Positions 46,727 to 54,209 of a stretch of 64,000 nt of DNA are shown piece by piece (the stretch's first letter is position 1; every line of letters begins with the position of its first letter). The notes beneath the pieces are model-generated. The model was not told where the DNA came from. It did not search any database and worked only from the letters and a program-made list of their open reading frames with translations. Source of the DNA: Planctomycetia bacterium (GTDB lineage Bacteria; Planctomycetota; Planctomycetia; Pirellulales; UBA1268). Where the stretch lies: contig JAPLNR010000068.1 of the NCBI GenBank assembly GCA_026401035.1, positions 17,391 to 81,390 on the forward strand, in the 5' to 3' direction. Both the position numbers and the translations under genes were made by a program.

Positions 46727-46819
46727 GCCACAGCCCAGGAGCTCCGCTCGGAGCCCGCTTCCTTCGGCGGCGGATCACAGGCGTTGTCAGGTCGCCGGAA
46801 GGTGGAATACTCTGTGGGC

Positions 46820-47518
46820 ATGATCAAAACCCTCGACCCGCCGGCGACTGGCGTGGACTCGATCGACCAGTTGCGGGCCATTGGCCGTGAGTTTCATGGG
46901 CGATCGTGGTCGCTCGGCACGAGCAGCAATTACAGCGCGGTCACATCACGCGCCCCCCTGGAGCTCCTCATCACCGTCAGCGGCAAGGATAAATCGGCAC
47001 TCGGCCGCGACGATTTCGTCCGCGTCGACGCCGACGGCCGGCCCGCCGACGGGTCCGGCAAGAAATCATCGGCCGAGACACTCCTCCACTGCCTCATCGC
47101 CGAATTGGTGCCGAGCCTCGGCGGCCTGCCCGTCGGCGCGGTGCTCCACACCCACTCGGTCTGGAGCACGCTTCTCTCGAGGGCCGATCTCGCCCGCGGC
47201 AGCCTCCGCATCGAGGGCTACGAGATGCTCAAGGGGCTCGAGGGCATCGGCACGCACGACACCTCCGAGGAGGTGCCAATTTTTGCCAACAGCCAGGACA
47301 TGATCGAGCTCTCGGGGCGAATCCGCGAACGGTTTACAAAGGCCGACTGGAGCGATCCCAGGCGTCCGCCGCTGCACGGCTTCCTGCTGTCCGGGCATGG
47401 CCTCTACACCTGGGGCCGCGATCTCGCCGAGGCCCGCCGCCACATCGAGATCCACGAGTTTCTCTTCGAAGTCGTCGCCCGCAGCCGGATGCTGGCGGCC
47501 GCCCACACGCATACCTGA
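46820..47518 (+). CDS. mtnB: methylthioribulose-1-phosphate dehydratase (class II aldolase/adducin fold)
   Basis: ...GTSSNYS...ITVSGKDK...SAETLLH...HTHS...GYEMLKG is the MtnB-type pattern. The gene is adjacent to mtnD and mtnC. The start is set to MIKTLD (46820). Confidence 0.8.
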   Translation: MIKTLDPPATGVDSIDQLRAIGREFHGRSWSLGTSSNYSAVTSRAPLELLITVSGKDKSALGRDDFVRVDADGRPADGSGKKSSAETLLHCLIAELVPSLGGLPVGAVLHTHSVWSTLLSRADLARGSLRIEGYEMLKGLEGIGTHDTSEEVPIFANSQDMIELSGRIRERFTKADWSDPRRPPLHGFLLSGHGLYTWGRDLAEARRHIEIHEFLFEVVARSRMLAAAHTHT

Positions 47519-47547
47519 TCACGTTTTCAAAACCGGGAGGATTCCTT

Positions 47548-48117
47548 ATGGCCATCGTCACCGTGCCCGCCGAAGCCCGACGGATCACCGACCCCGCCGA
47601 GATCAAGACATTTCTGGCCACGCACGGCATCGACTACGACGTCTGGCCGCTTGCAGACCGCGTCGATCCGGCTGCGCCGTCCGAGAAGATCCTCGCGGCC
47701 TACGCGCCGGAGATCGAGGAACTCAAGCGCCGCGGCGGCTTCGTGACGGCCGACGTCGTCGACATCTATCCCGACACGCCCAACCTCGACGTGATGCTGA
47801 ACAAGTTCAACAAGGAGCACACGCATACCGAGGACGAGGTGCGGTTCATCCTGCAGGGCAGGGGTGTGTTTCACATTCACGCGGTCGGTCGGCCCGTCTT
47901 TGGCATCGAGGTTTGGGCGGGCGACATGATCAGCGTGCCGCTGGGCACCCGGCACTGGTTCGATCTCTGCACCGACCGGCGAATCCGCGCGATCCGGCTC
48001 TTCCAAGACATGAGCGGCTGGACACCCTACTATCTCGAGGATGGCATCCACGCAGGCTACGAGCCGCTCTGCTTCGGGCCGGCATGGATTCAGCCCTCGG
48101 GAAGGACCGCCTCGTGA
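47548..48117 (+). CDS. mtnD: acireductone dioxygenase (ARD cupin)
   Basis: ...[25 protein letters not shown]...GTRHWF... shows the ARD metal-ligand pattern. A GGGAGG RBS lies upstream. Confidence 0.88.
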   Translation: MAIVTVPAEARRITDPAEIKTFLATHGIDYDVWPLADRVDPAAPSEKILAAYAPEIEELKRRGGFVTADVVDIYPDTPNLDVMLNKFNKEHTHTEDEVRFILQGRGVFHIHAVGRPVFGIEVWAGDMISVPLGTRHWFDLCTDRRIRAIRLFQDMSGWTPYYLEDGIHAGYEPLCFGPAWIQPSGRTAS

Positions 48118-48809
48118 TCGTTTTCGGCGGACAGGGGATCCTGCTCGACGTCGAAGGCACGACGTCATCGATCGCGTTCGTCTAGGACGTGCTCTTCACG
48201 TTTGCAAAGGAGCACGTCGGTGCCTTTCTGGCACGGCATGGCGGCGACCCGCTGGTGCGCGACATCGCGGCCCAACTCGCCGCCGAGACGGGGGCCGACG
48301 CGGGCGACGCCACGCGGCTGGCCTTGGCGGCGATCGATCTCATGAACCGCGACGTGAAAAGCACGCCGCTCAAGGCCCTGCAGGGACTCATCTGGCGAGG
48401 CGGATTCGAGTCGGGCGAACTCGTCGCGCACGTCTTCGACGACGTGCCGCCGGCGCTGGAGCAGTGGAGCAACTCGGGACTCGACGTGCGGATCTACTCC
48501 TCGGGCTCCAACGAGGCCCAGAAACTCTTCTTCGGACACACCGCTTTCGGCGACCTCACGCCGCACCTGCGCGGCCATTACGACACGACCACGGGTCCAA
48601 AACGCGAGGCGGCCAGTTACGCCACGATCGCCGCCGACATGGGACTCGAGCCGCGGCAGATCCTCTTCGTGAGCGACATCGGCGCCGAGCTCGATGCCGC
48701 CCGTCAGGCGGGCATGGCGACGGCGCTGGCCCTGCGGCCCGGCAATCGCGAGCCGGGCGGACTTCTCGACCATGAGCCGGTGTCGTCGTTCGCGGAAATC
48801 GTGATCTGA
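48114..48809 (+). pseudogene. mtnC: enolase-phosphatase E1 (MtnC, HAD family) interrupted by an in-frame TAG at 48183-48185
   Basis: The frame from GTG 48114 (or ATG 48084) reads ...GILLDVEGTTSSIAFV-TAG-DVLFTFAKEHV...IYSSGS...ILFVSDIGAELDAA. HAD motif I lies upstream of the stop and motifs II-IV lie downstream. The track ORF at 48189 lacks motif I. Confidence 0.6.
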
Positions 48810-48841
48810 CCCCGGACGAAAACCGAGCAGACGGAGCCTTC

Positions 48842-50068
48842 ATGCAGTCGGACGCATCACCGCCACAACACCCCACCGATACGATGGCCTGCGCGGTCGG
48901 CGTCTCGACGGCTCCGCAACTCGACGTTGCCATCCGCGAGGCATCGACGGAGGCCCGCAACCGATTGGCGGCAGAGTATGTCGACCTCGCCGTCGTCTTC
49001 GTGTCGAAGGCTTACGAAGAGACGATCCGCCCGGCGATGGAGGGACTGGCCGACGCCATCGGCGTGCCGACGGTCATCGCCGCCACCGCCGAGGGTGTGC
49101 TTGCCGGCGACATGGAATACGAGTCGGGGCCGGCGGTGACGGTCTGGCTCGCGCGACTGCCCGGTGCCGAGATCGTGCCATTGTCGCTTGAATACTCGCA
49201 GACGGCCGATGGCGGCATGTTCATCGGCTGGCCTGCGCATCTCGACGCGCACTGGCCGGCGGATGCCACGCTGCTGCTCCTTGCCGATCCGTTTTCATTC
49301 CCGGTCGACAAGCTGATCAAGCGACTCGCCGAGGACCATCCCGGCGTGCCGATCGTGGGCGGCATGGCCAGCGGCGGCTTCAAGCCGGGCAGCAACACGC
49401 TCGTGGTCGGCACACGGTCATACGATTCGGGCGCGGTCGGCGTCGTGATCGGCGGCGGCGTACGGATCCGTCCTGTCGTCTCGCAGGGCTGCCGGCCGAT
49501 CGGGCGGCCGCTGGTGATCACCAAGTCGGAGGAAAACCTGATCGTCGAACTCGGCGGTCGACCGGCACTCGAGCGGCTGCGGGAGGTCTATGCGGAACTC
49601 TCGCCTGCGGATCGCGAGCTCGTGAAAACCTCGCTCCATCTCGGCCGGGCCGCGAGCGAATACAAGGATCACTTCCAGCGCGGCGATTTTCTGGTGCGCA
49701 ACGTGCTCGGCGCCGACCCCGACATGGGCGTGCTCGCCATCGGCGACACAATCCGTGTCGGGCAGACCGTGCAGTTTCACGTGCGGGACGCCGAGAGCGC
49801 ACACGAGGATCTGGTGGAACTTTTGACTCGCGACGGCGGCACGTTCGGGGAGCCGGCGGGCGCCCTCGTCTTCACCTGCAACGGCCGCGGCACCCGGCTC
49901 TTCGACGAGCCCCATCACGACGCCCGCTGCGTCGCCGAATGCCTCGGGCCGATCCCGACTGCCGGCTTCTTCGCGCAGGGGGAAATCGGTCCGATCGGCC
50001 CCCACAACTGCCTGCACGGCTTCACGGCCAGCATCGCCCTCTTCGAAAAGAAGGGGCCTGCTCGCTGA
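48842..50068 (+). CDS. FIST (N+C) domain sensory protein
   Basis: 408 aa. The C-terminus ...GFFAQGEIGPIGPHNCLHGFTASIALF is typical of FIST_C. The N-terminal half resembles FIST_N as I remember it. Confidence 0.65.
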   Translation: MQSDASPPQHPTDTMACAVGVSTAPQLDVAIREASTEARNRLAAEYVDLAVVFVSKAYEETIRPAMEGLADAIGVPTVIAATAEGVLAGDMEYESGPAVTVWLARLPGAEIVPLSLEYSQTADGGMFIGWPAHLDAHWPADATLLLLADPFSFPVDKLIKRLAEDHPGVPIVGGMASGGFKPGSNTLVVGTRSYDSGAVGVVIGGGVRIRPVVSQGCRPIGRPLVITKSEENLIVELGGRPALERLREVYAELSPADRELVKTSLHLGRAASEYKDHFQRGDFLVRNVLGADPDMGVLAIGDTIRVGQTVQFHVRDAESAHEDLVELLTRDGGTFGEPAGALVFTCNGRGTRLFDEPHHDARCVAECLGPIPTAGFFAQGEIGPIGPHNCLHGFTASIALFEKKGPAR

Positions 50069-50181
50069 GGGTGGATCGGTCGACAAGCGGAAAGCGGTTT
50101 GCGAACGGGACGCGGCCGGCCACTGGCATTGCCCCGCCGTGCCTGTCTCCCTACCCTTCCGCGCCTCATCTGGAGGCCGTC

Positions 50182-50523
50182 ATGATACGACCCAGTTCAA
50201 GCGTTTGCATTGCCATCCTCTTCGCGGGTGTCGGCTGCGCCCACCACCGCAACGACTACGCCTATGCGCCGCCCTATGCGCCGCCGGTGTATCCACAGCC
50301 ACAGGCGGCCTCCGTGCAGCCTGCGGCCCTCGCCGGGGCGCCTTCATTGCCGCCAGGAGTCGTGCCCGCCAGTGCGGTGCCTATGGGCGTGATGCCCGCA
50401 GCGCCCGTCATGACGTCGCAGACGAACCCCTGTCCGCAGGACTGCACGGAAGGCATGACCATGGCCGCTCCGGTCGTGTTCGAGGAGGGGGGACAAACGC
50501 TCCCCTGTCCGCCGGGCCCCTAA
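50182..50523 (+). CDS. small Pro-rich putative lipoprotein
   Basis: MIRPSSSVCIAILFAGVGC is a signal peptide with a lipobox-like Cys. The remainder is Pro/Ala-rich. GGAGG lies 5 nt upstream of the ATG. Confidence 0.55.
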   Translation: MIRPSSSVCIAILFAGVGCAHHRNDYAYAPPYAPPVYPQPQAASVQPAALAGAPSLPPGVVPASAVPMGVMPAAPVMTSQTNPCPQDCTEGMTMAAPVVFEEGGQTLPCPPGP

Positions 50524-50607
50524 ACCGGCGGCCAGGCGAATGAAACTGTATAGTGCGAAGTTCAGGCGCAGCCGTCGGCGGCGCCTTCGCCGTTTCGTCG
50601 GAGAGGT

Positions 50608-51390
50608 GTGCCCTTGAGTCTCTGGTCTGTTGCGCCCTCGCGTCATGCCGAACTCATGGACGATCCGGCGCTCGCTGAATCCGAGCATCTCCATGCGCTC
50701 TCGGCGCTGGCGCGGATCAACGCCTTCTCCGGCACGTCCGCGCAATTCGCGCGGGCGATCGGCCGCATCGCGACGTCGGGCCCCACGCTGCCGCGGCCGC
50801 TGCGGGTGGTCGACGTTGCCTGCGGTGGCGGCGATGTGACGATCGCCCTGGCCACACGTCTCAACCGTCTGCTTGCCCCGGGAGGCCCCGCTGCGCAGGG
50901 GAGCGCGGCTGCGGGGACGGCCGCGATCGTCACGGGCATCGACATGAGTGCGCGGGCGGTCGACCGGGCCACGGCGCGAGCCGCCGGAGCGGGTGTCACA
51001 GGCGTTGAATTTGCGGTGCGGGACGTCGTCGCGGATGGCTGTCCGCCCTGCGACATCGCCATCAGTTCCCTCTTTCTCCACCACCTCGAAGACGCCGACT
51101 CCGAACGGGTGCTGCGGTCGCTGGCCGACGCGGCCCGACTGGGCATCGTGATCTCCGATCTGCTGCGGACCCGGGCGGGGCTCATCCTGGCCGTCCTCGG
51201 CACCATGGTCCTCTCTTCATCGCGGGTGGCGCGGGTCGACGGGCCCCTTTCCGTCCGCTCCGCGCGGACGCCGGCCGAATACCGGAGCCTGCTCGCCCGG
51301 GCAGGCCTCGCCACCGCCACGCTCCGGCGCACCTGGCCCGAACGGGCGGTCATCGAGTGGCGGCGCGGGCCCGATCGAGGCACCGCATGA
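50608..51390 (+). CDS. class I SAM-dependent methyltransferase
   Basis: Motif I is VVDVACGGGDV. The N-terminus has ELMDDPALAE. The stop overlaps the next gene's start (ATGA). Confidence 0.8.
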   Translation: MPLSLWSVAPSRHAELMDDPALAESEHLHALSALARINAFSGTSAQFARAIGRIATSGPTLPRPLRVVDVACGGGDVTIALATRLNRLLAPGGPAAQGSAAAGTAAIVTGIDMSARAVDRATARAAGAGVTGVEFAVRDVVADGCPPCDIAISSLFLHHLEDADSERVLRSLADAARLGIVISDLLRTRAGLILAVLGTMVLSSSRVARVDGPLSVRSARTPAEYRSLLARAGLATATLRRTWPERAVIEWRRGPDRGTA

Positions 51391-52625
51391 TCGGGGCCAC
51401 GTTGAGCCATGCCGACGCCGCCGGCCGCCATTGGCAGTTCATCGTGGTCGGCGCCGGCCCCGGTGGTTCGGCCACCGCGCTGCGGCTCGCCCGCGCCGGC
51501 CGGAGCGTGTTGCTGGTCGATCGAGGGGACATGCCGCGGGCCAAAGTCTGTGGCTGCTGCCTGTCAGCCACCGCCCTTCACGAACTCGCGGCGCTCGATG
51601 TGTTTTCCGGAGACGATCCGGCCCCCGTGCCGCTCGCGGCGGTACGGATCGTGGCCGGTGGCCGGGCGGCCCGCGTGCCGCTGGGTGGTGCCACGCTGTC
51701 GCGCGAGGCGCTCGACACGATCCTCGTGGAGCGGGCCGTCGAGGCCGGGGTTCACTGGCTGCCGGAATTCCTGGTGACATCCCTCGCCGACGCTGTCGAT
51801 GGTGTCTGCCTGACGGGTCGGGCCGTCGGCGCGGAGCCAACCCTCTCCATTGCCTGCGACCACGCCGTGATTGCGGCCGGGCTGGCTGACCATGTGCGCA
51901 TCGATGCGTGCATCGATCCAACCGCCCCGCAGGCGACCGCCGACAACCAGCCGCTCCGCAGCCAACGCGCCGTGGCAGCCGCCAGCCGGATCGGCTTGGG
52001 CGCAACGCTGCCCGCCGCGGCGAGCGATCTGCCCGCCGGCGAACTGGTGATGGCCGTGGGCCGCGGCGGGTATGTCGGGATCGTGCGGCTCGAAGACGGC
52101 CGAATCGACATCGCCGCCGCGATCGACCGCGCGACCATCGCCGCCGCCGGCCGGCCGGCCGATGCAATTGTCGCACTTCTCGCGGAGTCGCTCGATGGCA
52201 GCGGTATGCGAGTGTCGTCGGCCGCCCTCCACGCAGCCGACATGCGGGCCACGCCGCCCCTCACGCATCGTTCACCGCTGGTCGCGGGGGTCCACGCACG
52301 AATCTTCCGCATCGGCGATGCCGCGGGCTATGTGGAACCCTTCACGGGTGAAGGCATGGGCTGGGCACTGGCCAACGCACGGATCTTCGCCGCAGCCGCC
52401 CTCGCCGCCGATCGGCCGCACGTGATGGCCGACCGTTATCGCAGCGGCCATGACCGCCTCTTCTCCGCGCATCATGCGCGGTGCCGCGGCGTGGCCCGGG
52501 CCGTGCGCCATCCCTGGCTCGTCAGCGGGGCGGTGCGACTCGCCCAGCTGGCACCATGGATCGCGGCCCACGTCGTATCGCTGTTGGTGGGAGCATCGGC
52601 ACGGCGCTTGCTGTCCGGAAAGTAG
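51387..52625 (+). CDS. NAD(P)/FAD-dependent oxidoreductase (geranylgeranyl-reductase / flavin monooxygenase-like)
   Basis: FIVVGAGPGGSATALRLARAGRSVLLVDR is a dinucleotide-binding motif. A GDAAGYVEPFTGEG motif is also present. The ATG at 51387 overlaps the upstream TGA. Confidence 0.8.
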   Translation: MIGATLSHADAAGRHWQFIVVGAGPGGSATALRLARAGRSVLLVDRGDMPRAKVCGCCLSATALHELAALDVFSGDDPAPVPLAAVRIVAGGRAARVPLGGATLSREALDTILVERAVEAGVHWLPEFLVTSLADAVDGVCLTGRAVGAEPTLSIACDHAVIAAGLADHVRIDACIDPTAPQATADNQPLRSQRAVAAASRIGLGATLPAAASDLPAGELVMAVGRGGYVGIVRLEDGRIDIAAAIDRATIAAAGRPADAIVALLAESLDGSGMRVSSAALHAADMRATPPLTHRSPLVAGVHARIFRIGDAAGYVEPFTGEGMGWALANARIFAAAALAADRPHVMADRYRSGHDRLFSAHHARCRGVARAVRHPWLVSGAVRLAQLAPWIAAHVVSLLVGASARRLLSGK

Positions 52626-52643
52626 GACGGGCTTTAGCCTGTC
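52620..52643 (+). repeat. REP-like variant overlapping the oxidoreductase stop
   Basis: AAGTAGGACGGGCTTTAGCCTGTC. AAG TAG are the final codon and the stop codon (52620-52625). Confidence 0.75.
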
Positions 52644-52726
52644 AATCACATCGACCAGCGCAGCGTTCATGAATTGGGAGGTTGCAACTGCAACTTCCCT
52701 TTTGTGCGCAAGCAACTCATCCCATC

Positions 52727-53088
52727 TCCCAAAACCTGCAGCGAGCTCCGCAGCGTCGGCTTACGGCCGGGCCGCCAGCCCGTCGGGTGACATCAATGCG
52801 AATCGGGATGGAGCGGTCGACCTCCAAGTGCGTGTGGAGCCGCCACTTCACCATGCCGCTGCCGGTCTTGCGCTTGAGGAGTGACGCAGCCATCGATTTC
52901 CTTGAAGCCGCCCGTGAGGAGGCGGTCGGCTGAAGCTCGACGAGCGTATGCACTTTCGACCTTCTGAGGTCAGCAGCGACGGAGGTCGTCAGCGGAGAAA
53001 ACTGTGCCGGCCCGAGGCCGGAAATGCATCGCGAAGGAGACTTCTGCCGCCGGCGACCAATGCGGGTGAGCGGCACAGGCGAGGGGAT
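52727..53088 (-). pseudogene. second remnant of the same IS4-type transposase (includes repeat 'R' copy B, 52885-53088)
   Basis: The minus strand gives ...KVHTLVELQPTASS...GSGMVKWRLHTHLEVDRSIPIRIDVT, the region around the first catalytic D. This is fused directly to the C-terminal ...KPTLRSSLQ segment. 52727-52768 matches 42679-42731. Confidence 0.7.
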
Positions 53089-53112
53089 GACAGGCTGAAG
53101 CCTGTCCTACTT
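53089..53112 (-). repeat. REP-like element (consensus copy)
   Basis: The plus strand reads GACAGGCTGAAGCCTGTCCTACTT. It is inverted relative to the copy at 52620. It lies 45 nt beyond the esterase stop. Confidence 0.85.
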
Positions 53113-53157
53113 TCCGGAATGCACATGCCATGCCGAACAGGAACTGGCCATGCTTGA

Positions 53158-54102
53158 TCAACCGGGCCCTGATTGCTGACTTCCGTGCCCGGAGATTGGG
53201 TGACGCTCGCCAACGACGGTCTCGAGCGGATGGCGGTTGAAAAACTCCCAGATGATCTGGTTGGCATCGAGCGACAAAGCCGATGGTCCGAGCAGGAACG
53301 AGTCGGGCTTCCGGCCGGGCCAGGTATGGCCGCCACCTTCGAGCCGGTAGAGGACGACCTCGCTGCCGCTCCGGCCCGGGCCCCAGGTGAATCGTTCGAT
53401 CGTGATGCCGTCGTCGGAGCAGGGGATCACTTCACGGGAAGATTCGGCCGGGCAGCCATTCGCATGCGCCCATTCGAGCACGCCTTCGAGCACCGGCCGG
53501 TGACTGACACGGGTGACGCTCCGCCGGCCGATCCCGCCCTCGAGCGGCGTGAACTGATCGAGCGTGCCATGGAAGTGGAGCACCGGCACGGCCCGCACGG
53601 GCGCGATCGACGCGAGCGCCAACGGCCCGGCCACCGGCGCGATCGACGCGATCTGCCCGGCCAACTCCGCCCCAGCCCGATAGGCCATCATGGCCCCGTT
53701 CGACATGCCGGTGGCGTGGATGCGGGCCGCGTCGATCGGCAGCCGGCCCGCGACCGCCACGATCAACTGCCTGACAAAATCCACATCCGCGGAGCCGTCG
53801 GCCAGCGCCTCGCCGCAGCAGTTGCCGCCGTTCCAGGTGAGCAGGCTCTCACGGGAGCCCGTCCCGGCCGGATAGACGACCACCGCCCGTCCGCAGGCCG
53901 CCAGAACGTCGAGTCCAGAGAATCGCCGCATCATTTCGGGATGGCTCTGCCCTCCATGAAAGGCGATCACGAGCGGCCAGCCGGCCGCCGGTGGCCCGCC
54001 TGGAGGCAGGCAGGCCAGTGCGGAGCGGAGCCGTGTGCCGACCGGCACGTCGAGCGCCACCGTCGCGGCCAGCGGTGAGGCGGTTGTCGGAGTGCGTTCC
54101 AA
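53158..54102 (-). CDS. PHB-depolymerase-family esterase (alpha/beta hydrolase, LpqC-like)
   Basis: PLVIAFHGG is followed by the nucleophile elbow GMSNGAMM. The overall length and pattern match the esterase_PHB family. Confidence 0.75.
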   Translation of the reverse strand: MERTPTTASPLAATVALDVPVGTRLRSALACLPPGGPPAAGWPLVIAFHGGQSHPEMMRRFSGLDVLAACGRAVVVYPAGTGSRESLLTWNGGNCCGEALADGSADVDFVRQLIVAVAGRLPIDAARIHATGMSNGAMMAYRAGAELAGQIASIAPVAGPLALASIAPVRAVPVLHFHGTLDQFTPLEGGIGRRSVTRVSHRPVLEGVLEWAHANGCPAESSREVIPCSDDGITIERFTWGPGRSGSEVVLYRLEGGGHTWPGRKPDSFLLGPSALSLDANQIIWEFFNRHPLETVVGERHPISGHGSQQSGPG

Positions 54103-54209
54103 ACGAAAAATTCCTGTCGCGTTTTGCCCGGAGCAGTCCGTACACTGCTGCGGAGTTTAATGGATCGTGTGCAGGCGGAGCAGCGTCGGAGACAGCCGTG
54201 CCGGAGAAA

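Noticed and set aside
43437-52625. Treating the 9.2-kb block between the two IS remnants as a foreign composite transposon or genomic island.
   Set aside because: By eye, its composition matches the rest of the window. The contents are core metabolism (cls, methionine salvage). The flanking transposase copies are both non-functional fragments without recognisable intact IS ends. Only the recombination-substrate aspect is retained as a finding.
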